Origin: Actinomycetes bacterium
GTDB taxonomy: Bacteria > Actinomycetota > UBA4738 > HRBIN12
Assembly (NCBI GenBank): GCA_025351565.1
Contig: JANXVR010000103.1
Span: 697 to 64,696 of the forward strand
Direction: 5' to 3'
DNA length: 64,000 bases
The notes beneath the pieces were generated by a model. It was not told where the DNA came from and ran no database searches. It saw only the letters and a program-made list of their open reading frames with translations. Shown here one piece after another: positions 28,499 through 37,546 of this stretch (position 1 is the first letter of the stretch; each line of letters opens with the position of its first letter). The translations under genes were made by a program, and so were the position numbers.

Positions 28499-29178
28499 CG
28501 GGGTCGGACCGCCCGGATGCCCAGGGCTCGCGCGATGTGCAACCCTTCCTTGCCCCGATGGGAGAACCCTTTGAAACCTCGTCCCGTCGCCCTGTGGGTC
28601 AATCCCGGGACCGGAACCTCTGCGATCCGCATCCCTGCCCGCGTGGCGTCGATGGTCATCGCCGTCTCCATCCCGAACCCACCCGCCAGCGGACGGACTG
28701 CCGCTAGGCACGCGGCGGACAGAGCCCGCTGGCCGGAAAGCGGCTGAGCGGCATCGAATCCTGAGAGGATACGGATCCCCGCAGCGGAGAACCGCCTCAC
28801 GGAGCCCAGCCCTCCACCCGCCTGGAGCGGGAACGCGGCCACGGTCATGTCCGTCCGGCCTTCGAGCACCGGTGGGAGCAAGGCGGCCAGTCCGGCTGCG
28901 GAGGCCCCCAGGTCGGCGTCGGCGAAGAGCCATACGCCCTGGTGTGGGGGCAATCGGAGGAGGCCCCCCTCGATCGCCGAACCCTTGCCCGCGTGCCGGG
29001 GTATCCGTAGGACGGTCGCACCAGCCCCCAGGGCCAAGGAGGCCGTGGCATCAGTGGATGCGTCATCGATCACGACCACTTGAGCAACGAGACCCCGAAG
29101 GGCCCGCACGGTGGCCGCCACCGTGGCAGCTTCATCCCGAGCCGGGATGAGGGCGATGATCTGCGGAGGAACGCTCAC
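28495..29178 (-). CDS. glycosyltransferase family 2
   Basis: 227-aa ORF: IIALIPARDEAATVAATVRAL, VVVIDDASTDAT, GKGSAIEGG, LFADADL, GGFGMETAMTIDATRAGMRIAEVPV. Confidence 0.8.
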   Translation of the reverse strand: MSVPPQIIALIPARDEAATVAATVRALRGLVAQVVVIDDASTDATASLALGAGATVLRIPRHAGKGSAIEGGLLRLPPHQGVWLFADADLGASAAGLAALLPPVLEGRTDMTVAAFPLQAGGGLGSVRRFSAAGIRILSGFDAAQPLSGQRALSAACLAAVRPLAGGFGMETAMTIDATRAGMRIAEVPVPGLTHRATGRGFKGFSHRGKEGLHIARALGIRAVRPR

Positions 29179-30074
29179 GACAGCGGTGGCAGGAGTTGGC
29201 CGGAACCGAGTCCGTAGTCACCGCCGGTGCGCTGGTCGATCGCCCGTTGGAGGCCGACGACCAAGGCCGTTCCCCCCAGCTCGCTCTCGAGGTCGTCCAC
29301 GGTGACCCTCGGGCCGACGCCTGCCCCGTCCTTCTTCACAAGAGCCACGAACCCGTCCGGCGCCGGCCGGGCCTCACCCGCCGCGACCACGACACCTTGC
29401 GAAGACAACGCCTTCACCAGCGGCACCATGAACGTGGAGGGGGCGGTGATGGCACCTTCGGTTTGGCCACTGACCACGATGACGGCACCGGGGATGCCGA
29501 TGTCGGCGGCGGACTTCACGCCCGGCTCGCGGGTGTCGATGAACCCGCCCGATAGGAGGTTCGCCAAGACGTCTTGCTGGCCGGGCCGAGCCGCGGGCGG
29601 AGGACCTTGCGCGAGGCGCGCCGCGAGGATCTCCGCGGTCATCGCCGGAAGGAGTGCGGGGTTCGCCTGGGCAGGTGCCCCGATCACATCCGCCAGCGCC
29701 TTCGTATCGGCCGGATCCGTGGAGAGCAAGGATGCCAGTGGCACCAGGGTGGTGACCACGTGGGCGCCTGCGACAGACAACGCCGAACGAACCTGGTTGA
29801 GCGCCGCGGGATCGGCCCCATCGTCGGCGATCAGGATCACGTCCACCTGGTTGAGGCGCAGGCTCTCGATGACAGTGCTGGCCTGGTTCATATAGTCACT
29901 GAGGTGGCCGATCTGCGCCCGGTAGTCGGCGTTCTCCTGATTGAGGCGGTCTGTCGTGTTCGTGAGGTTCTTGACCAGCCCCTGGTTCACCACGGCTGTT
30001 CCTGCCAGCACCCCTAGGGCCAGCGCCAGGAACACCGCGACGATGGAGACCAGGTGATACCGCCAGCTGATCAC
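29175..30074 (-). CDS. MctB/SteB-like copper-transporter family membrane-anchored protein
   Basis: ORF 29175..30158 taken from GTG 30072-30074 (GTGA overlap with the steA stop): VISWRYHLVSIVAVFLALALGVLAG... followed by a coiled coil. This resembles the mycobacterial Rv1698 (MctB) N-terminus and lies directly downstream of steA. Confidence 0.7.
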   Translation of the reverse strand: MISWRYHLVSIVAVFLALALGVLAGTAVVNQGLVKNLTNTTDRLNQENADYRAQIGHLSDYMNQASTVIESLRLNQVDVILIADDGADPAALNQVRSALSVAGAHVVTTLVPLASLLSTDPADTKALADVIGAPAQANPALLPAMTAEILAARLAQGPPPAARPGQQDVLANLLSGGFIDTREPGVKSAADIGIPGAVIVVSGQTEGAITAPSTFMVPLVKALSSQGVVVAAGEARPAPDGFVALVKKDGAGVGPRVTVDDLESELGGTALVVGLQRAIDQRTGGDYGLGSGQLLPPLS

Positions 30075-31189
30075 AGAGCCTCCCTCAGATGGAAGATCCA
30101 TTGCCGGAACTGCTCGAACTGCTGCGTGACGTAGAGGCGGAGGGGGGGCGAGACCCACACGACGACCATCATCGCGAAGAGCGCGGCCCCGACCAGCAGC
30201 GCGGCGTCGCGCTTACGGATCGCGCGGTCCCCGTAGATGCGCGACACCCCTTTGGCGTCCATGAGGATCTCCCCGACCCGAAGTCGAACCAAGAACGTGC
30301 TCGACATGCCCTCTCGCCCTTTGTCCAGGAACTCGCGGAGATTACCGTGCGTTCCGACCGCGACGATCAGATCGGCCCGCTTCTCGTGCGCCAGGAGGAA
30401 GGCGACGTCCTCGCTGGTGCCCGACGATCGAACCACAGTGAACGGCACGCCCAAGGCATCCAGGCGGTCGCGGCCCGGCGCCCTGCCATCGAGGTATGCG
30501 TGCAAGACAAGCTCGGTTGGCCTGTGGCGCCGCTTAGGTTCTCGCGCAAGCAGGAGCGTCGCGTCCGAGACGCTATCCATGTCGCCCACGATCAGGTCCG
30601 GATGGTAGCCCTCGTTCGCGAGCGCATCCGCCCCACCATCCACGCCGACGAGCACGGGCGCCACGTCGTGGATGTACGCCCGCAGCGCAGCGAGGTCCTC
30701 TCGGTACCCGTACCCGCGCACCACGACCAATACCGGGCGACCTGCCAAGTCGTGCGCCAGCTCCGGCAGTCCAAATCCGCCGAAGAGCAGATCTCGCTCG
30801 TCGCGCATGTAGTCCAGCGTGTTCCGGGCGAAGGACTCCAGATGCTGATCGAGGTTGAGCCGCGCGGCCTCCATGTCGTGAAGGATGGCGACCCGGCTCT
30901 GGCGGATCCCGACCCCCACAAGCTCGTCACCTGCGAACACCCGGTCCCCGTCTAGCCGGAGCGGGGCACCCTCCTTCACCTTGTCCAACAAGATCGATCC
31001 GACCTGGTCGATGAGCGGGATCTGCGCTTCGTCCAAGATCAAGGGGCCGAGGTTCGGGTAGCGGCCACTGATCGACGCCGCGGCGTTGACGACCGCGGCC
31101 GCCCCCGACTCGACCAAGCCCTCGGCCGCAACCCGATCGATGTCCTCGTGGTCGATGACGGCGATATCCCCGGGCCGCAACCGCGACAC
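30071..31189 (-). CDS. steA: putative cytokinetic ring protein SteA (thiamine pyrophosphokinase-like fold)
   Basis: 372-aa ORF: SRLRPGDIAVIDHEDIDRVAAEGLVESGAAAVVNAAASISGRYPNLGP... plus a C-terminal TM helix. The reading frame stays open upstream and encodes ...GVARVDRRTKDLV, also SteA-like, with no ATG/GTG/TTG, so the real start is probably upstream of 31189. Confidence 0.8.
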   Translation of the reverse strand: MSRLRPGDIAVIDHEDIDRVAAEGLVESGAAAVVNAAASISGRYPNLGPLILDEAQIPLIDQVGSILLDKVKEGAPLRLDGDRVFAGDELVGVGIRQSRVAILHDMEAARLNLDQHLESFARNTLDYMRDERDLLFGGFGLPELAHDLAGRPVLVVVRGYGYREDLAALRAYIHDVAPVLVGVDGGADALANEGYHPDLIVGDMDSVSDATLLLAREPKRRHRPTELVLHAYLDGRAPGRDRLDALGVPFTVVRSSGTSEDVAFLLAHEKRADLIVAVGTHGNLREFLDKGREGMSSTFLVRLRVGEILMDAKGVSRIYGDRAIRKRDAALLVGAALFAMMVVVWVSPPLRLYVTQQFEQFRQWIFHLREAL

Positions 31190-31356
31190 CAGGTCCTTCG
31201 TTCGGCGGTCGACGCGGGCTACCCCGTGCTCGGGATGGGTGGGCCGGTGGTTTCGGCGCAGGAGACCTCTGGTTCTGGACGTGGTGCGCTCCCCTCTCGG
31301 GCCCGCGATGATCGCGGCCCTGAACGAACAAGCGTATCCGACCTTCGAAGGCTGAG

Positions 31357-33042
31357 TCAGTCCCGGCCCGTCACGGCCGATCCGACCGCCCGGAACCCCC
31401 GCCCTCCGCGTTGAGAGGAGGCTTGGGCAAGCAGCTCCTGTGCGTGTGACCGGGCGGTCTCAGAATCGGCCAGGCCGGCGAGCATCCGAGAGAGCTCCTC
31501 GACGCGTTCGGCGTCATCCAGGGCTTCCACCGTGGCGATCCCGGCGTCCTTGCGGACCCGCAGGTGCCGATCGGCGAAGCAGGCGATCTGCGGAAGGTGG
31601 GTCACCACCAGGACCTGCCGATCGATCGCCAGGCGGGCGAGCCGCCGCCCGACAGCGAGCCCCGCTTCGCCGCCGATGCCGGCGTCCACCTCATCGAACA
31701 CCAACGTGGGCACGGAGTCGAGATCGGCCAGTACGCTTCGGCAGGCCAGCATGGTGCGGGAGAGCTCTCCTCCGGACGCCGTCTTGGCCAGCGGCAGGGC
31801 GGCTTGACCGGGACCGCCGGAGAATCGAAGTTCCACCCGCTCAGCGCCGGCCACACCGAGGGCCTCGTGCGCCACCAACATGGCTTCCACCGCGGCGCCG
31901 GGCATCCCCAGCTGGTGAAGCTCGGCTTGCAGGGCATCTCCGAGCGGTCTCGCGGCTCGGGCGCGTCCGCTGGTGACGACTGCAGCACGAGACACCGCCG
32001 AAGCCGTAAGTACCGTCGCGGCTTCCTGCAGTTCACGGCGGCGCTCGTCGGTGCCGGCCAGCGAAGCCACCCTCGCGGTGGCCGCCTCCAGGAACGTCAG
32101 AACGTCGGCATCGGTGTCTCCATACTTGCGTTGCAGGCCTTTGAGCGCGGCGATCCGGTCCCGGATGTCTGTGAGTCGCGCGGGATCCGCCTGGAGTCCT
32201 TCACGGTAGGCCCGCACGTCGCGTGCGAGCTCGGTGAGGTCGGCGTGAACGCTCTCAGCCCGTGCGGCGAGATCCCCGATCCCCGGGTCAAGGCCCGCCG
32301 CTTCCCGCACCGCGGCCAGAGCAGCGGCCGCGGCATCCTGCGCCGCTCCTTCGTCGGAGAGCGCGATGCCCGCCGTCGAGGCGAGTTCCAGAAGCCGCTC
32401 GACGTGACCCAGCCTGGCCTCCTCGGCGGCGAGCGCAGGTGTTTCACCTTCGGCCGGCGACACGTCTTCGATCTCGTGCACCTGATACGCCAGCAGGTCC
32501 AGCTCCCGCTCCCGGTCGCGAGCGGCAGCCGTGAGTGATGCCAGCTCGACCTCTGCCGCTCGAAGCTCGTCGAACACCTCACGGAACGCCGCGAGCCCGA
32601 CCAGGTGGGCGTCGCCGGCGAATCGATCCAGGAACGCGGTCTGAGCGCTCGCCGACAACAGGCGCTGGGTCTGGTGCTGCCCGTGGATCTCCACGAGCGA
32701 AGCGCCGATCTCCCCCAGAGCCGTGGCGGTCGCGATCTGTCCGCCGATCCGCGAACTTCCGCGTCCATCGGCGCCTACCGTTCGCGCGAGGATCACCTCG
32801 CCGTCCTCGGCCCACTCGTTCGCATCCGCCGGTGCATCGAAGCGGGCCTGCACCTTGGCCGAGGCCGCACCGTCGCGGACCAGCGAGGCGGAGGCGCGCA
32901 CCCCCAGCGCGAGAGACAGGCCCACGGTGACCATGGTCTTTCCGGCGCCCGTCTCACCGGTGAGCACGTTGAGACCTGGGTGGAGTTCGATGTCGAGATC
33001 ATGGATGACCCCGACGTCGGTGATGTGCAGTTCTCGCAGCAT
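31357..33042 (-). CDS. recN: DNA repair protein RecN
   Basis: ORF 31357..33072 from ATG 33042: MLRELHITDVGVIHDLDIELHPGLNVLTGETGAGKTM (Walker A), a long coiled coil, then ASGGELSRTMLA and LVFDEVDAGIGG (signature and Walker B). Confidence 0.95.
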   Translation of the reverse strand: MLRELHITDVGVIHDLDIELHPGLNVLTGETGAGKTMVTVGLSLALGVRASASLVRDGAASAKVQARFDAPADANEWAEDGEVILARTVGADGRGSSRIGGQIATATALGEIGASLVEIHGQHQTQRLLSASAQTAFLDRFAGDAHLVGLAAFREVFDELRAAEVELASLTAAARDRERELDLLAYQVHEIEDVSPAEGETPALAAEEARLGHVERLLELASTAGIALSDEGAAQDAAAAALAAVREAAGLDPGIGDLAARAESVHADLTELARDVRAYREGLQADPARLTDIRDRIAALKGLQRKYGDTDADVLTFLEAATARVASLAGTDERRRELQEAATVLTASAVSRAAVVTSGRARAARPLGDALQAELHQLGMPGAAVEAMLVAHEALGVAGAERVELRFSGGPGQAALPLAKTASGGELSRTMLACRSVLADLDSVPTLVFDEVDAGIGGEAGLAVGRRLARLAIDRQVLVVTHLPQIACFADRHLRVRKDAGIATVEALDDAERVEELSRMLAGLADSETARSHAQELLAQASSQRGGRGFRAVGSAVTGRD

Positions 33043-33052
33043 CGCGGCGACC

Positions 33053-33907
33053 CTACCCCTCGCCACCGACATCGCTGTCGCCGGGTAGATCGAACTTCTC
33101 CCGGACCCTGGTCAGGAACCTCGCGGCAGGGTCACGCCGAACGAACAGCGACGGCTGATCGGCGGCACGGATCGTGAGCCGCGACCCAACTGGAAGTTCG
33201 ATCGATTCGCGCCCATCGGCCGACAGGAGTCCCGGCTCCTCGCCGACCACCTCCACCGTGACTACCTGCTCGGCTCCCAGCACGAACGATCGATCGAACA
33301 CCATGTGCGCAGCTACCGGCGTGAGCACGAGACACGGGACCGACGGGCTCACGATGGGACCGCGGGCCGAGAAGGAGTACGCGGTGCTCCCCGTGGGCGT
33401 GGCGGCGATCACCCCGTCGGCCGAAAAGGTCGTGACGTAGTCGCCGTCCACGCGGACGTCCAGTCGGATCAGCCGGTGTCGAGCGCGCTTCTCGACCATG
33501 ATCTCGTTCAATGCCCATTGCGGCGCGAACCCCACTCCCCCGGCAGGTTCGGCGGTGACCGCCAGGCGCTCCTCGATCCGAACCCGGCCCGACAGCGCGC
33601 GTTCGATGACGACCGGGGCCTCCGCCGGGTCCACCTCTGTGAGGAAGCCCAGGCGCCCGACCTTCACGCCGAGGATGGGGCACGCTGCTGCGGCAGCCAC
33701 GTGCGCGCCGCGCAGGAACGTACCGTCCCCGCCGATGGAAACCACCAGATCGAACGCTCCACGCGCGACGCTGGCGCCATCCTCGGCTCCTGGGACACGT
33801 GTCGGGATCGCGCCCATGGACGACAGGAGAGCCTGGAGCGTCGCTGCCTCCGTGACGGCAGGCAGCCTCCTCTCGTGCACCACGAGCCCAACACGAGCAT
33901 CCTTCAA
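33053..33907 (-). CDS. nadK: NAD kinase
   Basis: 284-aa ORF: DLVVSIGGDGTFLRGA (GGDG), NEIMVEK, ADGVIAATPTGSTAYSFSARGPIV. Confidence 0.9.
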   Translation of the reverse strand: MKDARVGLVVHERRLPAVTEAATLQALLSSMGAIPTRVPGAEDGASVARGAFDLVVSIGGDGTFLRGAHVAAAAACPILGVKVGRLGFLTEVDPAEAPVVIERALSGRVRIEERLAVTAEPAGGVGFAPQWALNEIMVEKRARHRLIRLDVRVDGDYVTTFSADGVIAATPTGSTAYSFSARGPIVSPSVPCLVLTPVAAHMVFDRSFVLGAEQVVTVEVVGEEPGLLSADGRESIELPVGSRLTIRAADQPSLFVRRDPAARFLTRVREKFDLPGDSDVGGEG

Positions 33908-34707
33908 GCGAGCGCGCTCCCTTCGGCGATCGCCGCATCCACGTCGGGAGCCATCGCACCATCCGCACCATCCGCACCAACGTGAGCCAACAGGAGGAAT
34001 TCTATGTTGCCCGACGGTCCCGGCAGCGGCGACGCCATAAGGGCGACGCCGGGCACACCTCCCGCCTCGAACGAGGCCAGGACCTGCTCAAGGACCCGTC
34101 TCCACACCGAGGCGTCTCTCACCACACCTCCGCTGCCAACGTCCTTCGGGCCCGCTTCGAACTGCGGCTTCACCAACACCAGGAAGGTCGCGCCCGGCGC
34201 GGCCACGCTCGCAAGCGCCGGCAGCACGACGGTCAGAGAGATGAACGAAAGATCGGCAACGATCAAGCCGGGCCGGTACGGGAGCTTATCGGGGCGAAGC
34301 TCTCTCACGTTCGTTCGCTCCAGCAATGTCACGCGATCGTCGGTTCGAAGCCCCCAATCGAACTGGCCATACCCCACGTCAACGGCCACGACCCGCGCGG
34401 CGCCCGCCTGCAAGAGGCAATCAGTGAAGCCTCCGGTGGAGGCACCTGCGTCGAGGGCGTCCGCGCCGCGAGGATCCACCTGGAACCGCTCCAATGCTGC
34501 TTGGAGCTTGTCCCCGCCGCGTGAGACGAACCGGCGAGGCGGCCCGGCGAGCTCAAGAGGTTGATCCTCGCCCACCATGGTCGCGGGTTTGGCCGCCACC
34601 GTCCCGCCGATCAGAACCAGCCCCCGGTGGACGGCCTCTTGCGCCTCAGCCCGGCTGGACGCGAGGCCCCGGCGAACCAACTCGGCATCAAGCCGCCTGC
34701 GCGCCAT
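33904..34707 (-). CDS. tlyA: TlyA-family rRNA (cytidine-2'-O)-methyltransferase
   Basis: 267-aa ORF: RRRLDAELVRRGLASSRAEAQEAV (S4-like), VSRGGDKL, ALDAGASTGGFTDCLLQAGAARVVAVDVGYGQ, SFISL. Confidence 0.9.
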   Translation of the reverse strand: MARRRLDAELVRRGLASSRAEAQEAVHRGLVLIGGTVAAKPATMVGEDQPLELAGPPRRFVSRGGDKLQAALERFQVDPRGADALDAGASTGGFTDCLLQAGAARVVAVDVGYGQFDWGLRTDDRVTLLERTNVRELRPDKLPYRPGLIVADLSFISLTVVLPALASVAAPGATFLVLVKPQFEAGPKDVGSGGVVRDASVWRRVLEQVLASFEAGGVPGVALMASPLPGPSGNIEFLLLAHVGADGADGAMAPDVDAAIAEGSALA

Positions 34708-35121
34708 TCAGCTCCGCGCGCGGGGGGCGCGGGTGGCCGACTTCGCCGACGCACCGGCCGCTGCGGACCTGGGCTTCTTCTTCACGGCCGGCGCCGGGGT
34801 CGGCTTGCCCGTTGACGTGGACGATCCGGCCGCGCGGGCGTTGCCGGCCCGCTCCAGCGCACGAACACGCTTCTTGAGCGTCTCCACCTCGGCCTGGGTG
34901 GCCACACCGACGGCGCCCACCTGCGCCGCGACCTCGCGCTGGATGAACTCCTTGAGCCGCTCACGGTTCTTCTTGGACCATTCGATCAGATCGGTGGCCG
35001 ACTTCGCGACCTGGTCCTTGGCTGCGCCGGGCCCCGCCAGGCTCTTCGCGAGCGACTTCGCACGTGCAGGGGTGAGTTCGCCGATGGTTGCTTCGATGGT
35101 CTTGCGAAGATCCTCAAGCAT
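34708..35121 (-). CDS. hypothetical coiled-coil protein (phasin-like) with a basic Ala/Lys/Pro-rich tail
   Basis: 137-aa ORF abutting the tlyA start. Helical repeats (AQVGAVGVATQAEVETLKKRVRALE) are followed by KPTPAPAVKKKPRSAAAGASAKSATRAPRARS. The family assignment is weak. Confidence 0.5.
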   Translation of the reverse strand: MLEDLRKTIEATIGELTPARAKSLAKSLAGPGAAKDQVAKSATDLIEWSKKNRERLKEFIQREVAAQVGAVGVATQAEVETLKKRVRALERAGNARAAGSSTSTGKPTPAPAVKKKPRSAAAGASAKSATRAPRARS

Positions 35122-35163
35122 GGGAGCCTCCTTGACTGGGCGTTCTGAGCATACTCCCGGCCC

Positions 35164-35988
35164 TCATCGGGCTCGTTCGCGGAACAGGTATCGCAGGTCC
35201 TGCGCGACGAACGTCGGCTGCGGACCGTCCACTCCCAGATCGGCCTCGGAGGTGACGCCCGTGAGCACCAGGAGCGAATCCCAACCCAACCCGGCGGCTC
35301 CAGCGATGTCGGTGTCCAACCTATCGCCCACGACCAGCGCCGTGCCGCCACCGCCGCGCTCCAAGGCGGCCTGAAGGAGCGGGGCCGCCGGCTTCCCCAT
35401 CACCTCGGCCGTGCGTCCGGTCGTCGCTTCCACGGCCGCGAGGAGCGCCCCCGCGCCAGGCCAAAGCCCGTCCGCGGCAGGGAACGAGACGTCGGCATTC
35501 GTGGCGATCAGCACTGCCCCCCTCTGGACCAGCAGGCACGCCTGGCGAAGCTTCTGATAGTCAAGGCCCCGGTCGAACCCCACCACGACGGCGTCCACTT
35601 GGGGCGTCTCCGAGCCCGCCACCGCCACGCCCGCGTTCCGGAGGGCCTCGAGCAAACCTTCCTCTCCGATAACGAAGGCGGTGCGCGAACCCTGGAGGAC
35701 GAGACGTTCTGCAGTGACGATCGCCGATGTCTCCACCTCGTCGGGGACGGCGGGGATGCCGATGTTCGACAGGTGCGCCGCCACGGCGGACTGCGTGCGA
35801 CTCGAGTTGTTGGTTACGAACACCGGACGGATGCCGCGGGCTCGGATCCTGGCCACGGCGGCGGGGGCTTCGGGAATCGCCGCATCTCCGCGGTAGAGCG
35901 TGCCGTCCAGATCGAGCAGAACGACGTCGTAGGCGGCCTCCACCCCCGGTCGGCTGCTATACAAGATGCATGCCTCGCGTCTTCCCAT
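35164..35988 (-). CDS. HAD-superfamily hydrolase, subfamily IIA (NagD-like phosphatase)
   Basis: 274-aa ORF: VVLLDLDGTLY (DxDGT), VTNNSS, GDRLDTDIAGA. An alternative GTG start at 35943 would remove the 19-nt overlap with the divergent DUF1015 gene. Confidence 0.8.
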   Translation of the reverse strand: MGRREACILYSSRPGVEAAYDVVLLDLDGTLYRGDAAIPEAPAAVARIRARGIRPVFVTNNSSRTQSAVAAHLSNIGIPAVPDEVETSAIVTAERLVLQGSRTAFVIGEEGLLEALRNAGVAVAGSETPQVDAVVVGFDRGLDYQKLRQACLLVQRGAVLIATNADVSFPAADGLWPGAGALLAAVEATTGRTAEVMGKPAAPLLQAALERGGGGTALVVGDRLDTDIAGAAGLGWDSLLVLTGVTSEADLGVDGPQPTFVAQDLRYLFRERAR

Positions 35989-37154
35989 TCGAAGGACTCA
36001 CGTACAGTGCCGCCGCCGGTCCGTTGGATCGAGTGACGGCGCCGCCGTATGACGTTATCAGCGACGCTCGGAGACGTTCGTACCTGCGTGGAAGCCCCTA
36101 CAGTGTTGTGCATCTCGATCTAGCAGAGGGGAGCAGCGACCCTGATGACCCGGCGAATCGCTACGAACGGGCCGCAGCCCTCCTGACGGATTGGGAGCGG
36201 CAAGGCGCTCTTCAGCGCGCGGCATCGCCGCAGTACTACGCGTACGAGATGGATTTCGAGCTGGACGGCGATCGGCGACGTATCCGCGGGCTGCTCCTGG
36301 CCTTGGAGCTGGAACCGTGGGGAACCGGCGTGATCCCCCATGAGCGAACACTTCCCGGTCCCGTGGAAGATCGTCTGAAACTGCTCCGTGCGACCCATAC
36401 GCACCTGTCTGCCGTGTACGGGGCCATCTCCGGTCCAAGTCCCCAGCTCGCCGCTCTGCTGGACCGGGTGACCACACAGGAGGCGTCCCATGAGACCGAG
36501 GACGAACGATCCGTGCGACATCGCATGTGGTCGGTTCCCGAAGATCCGCAGATCGCGTCGTGGTTCGTGGACTCCCCGATCCTCATCGCCGACGGTCACC
36601 ACCGGTACACGACCGCGTTGCGTTACCGCGACGAGATGCACGCCGAACGCGGTTTCGGCCCGTGGGACCGGGTGCTGGCGCTCGTGGTTGACGCCGCGGC
36701 CGAGCATCTCCCCGTCCTGCCCTTCCACCGCATCCAGCGGACCGGCGAAGTGCCCGCCGGGGGCACCGAAGTGGCCAGTCTGCGTGACGCGCTGGACGCG
36801 CTCTCCGATGACCGGTCCACGGTGGCCACAGTGGCCATGGGCCCCGAGGACCTGCGATATGCGATCGTTGAACTGGCGGGCGGCCCACCCGCCGTTCGGG
36901 CGCTCCACGAAGAACTGCTCCATGGGTCAGCCGGATCCGGAGAGCTCTCCTTCACGCCAGATGCCGAGGAAGCAACTGAGGCTGTCGCCACAGGCGCTGC
37001 CGTGGCGGCTTGGCTCCTCCCGCCGACCACCCCCGAACGGATCCGGCAAGTGATCGAGCAGGGGGAGCGGCTGCCTCAGAAGTCCACCTACTTCTGGCCG
37101 AAGCCCCGGACGGGGATGGTCATGATGCCGGTGGACGGCACCCGCACCGACTGA
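35970..37154 (+). CDS. DUF1015-domain protein
   Basis: ORF 35727..37154 from ATG 35970: MPRVFPFEGLTYSAAAGPLDRVTAPPYDVISD...HERTLPGPVEDRLKLLRATHTHLSAVYG...ILIADGHHRYTTAL. The conserved DUF1015 pattern. Confidence 0.8.
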   Translation: MPRVFPFEGLTYSAAAGPLDRVTAPPYDVISDARRRSYLRGSPYSVVHLDLAEGSSDPDDPANRYERAAALLTDWERQGALQRAASPQYYAYEMDFELDGDRRRIRGLLLALELEPWGTGVIPHERTLPGPVEDRLKLLRATHTHLSAVYGAISGPSPQLAALLDRVTTQEASHETEDERSVRHRMWSVPEDPQIASWFVDSPILIADGHHRYTTALRYRDEMHAERGFGPWDRVLALVVDAAAEHLPVLPFHRIQRTGEVPAGGTEVASLRDALDALSDDRSTVATVAMGPEDLRYAIVELAGGPPAVRALHEELLHGSAGSGELSFTPDAEEATEAVATGAAVAAWLLPPTTPERIRQVIEQGERLPQKSTYFWPKPRTGMVMMPVDGTRTD

Positions 37155-37178
37155 TGGGCACGATCAGTGCCCCCACCT

Positions 37179-37493
37179 TCAGTCGACCGGCGGTTCGATC
37201 TTCTTGATGCCTGTGGCGAGCACCTCTGTGAGGCTCCTCGCTCCAGCCCCGCTCCGGTAGAACCGGCGGACCAATTGGCCGTGCACGAGCACGGCGTCGC
37301 CTTTCACGATGCCCTTCAGGGCTCGCTTTCCGACCGTGGCGTGCCAAGCCGCGACCGGGAGGGGGAGGAGGCGCTTGCCCACCTCCGGAACGGAGAGCCG
37401 GAGCTCGGTAACCTCGTCCCCAGACGGCATCCGGCGTTCGACCGGTTCGGCCGCCACGGTGCCTGCTAGGACCACGACGTTAACCGTCACCAT
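37179..37493 (-). CDS. small OB-fold single-stranded-DNA-binding-like protein (104 aa, no acidic tail)
   Basis: MVTVNVVVLAGTVAAEPVERRMPSGDEVTELRLSV...VKGDAVLVHGQLVRRFYRS...TEVLATGI follows the SSB/PriB OB-fold pattern (N.V.L.G....P..R....G......L.......GD.V.V.G.L). It lacks the Gly/Pro linker and the DDxPF tip. Confidence 0.5.
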   Translation of the reverse strand: MVTVNVVVLAGTVAAEPVERRMPSGDEVTELRLSVPEVGKRLLPLPVAAWHATVGKRALKGIVKGDAVLVHGQLVRRFYRSGAGARSLTEVLATGIKKIEPPVD

Positions 37494-37546
37494 GGCTCCC
37501 TCCTTCCTGCGGCAACTCTAGCGGGACCCTCTGACATACTCCCTCG

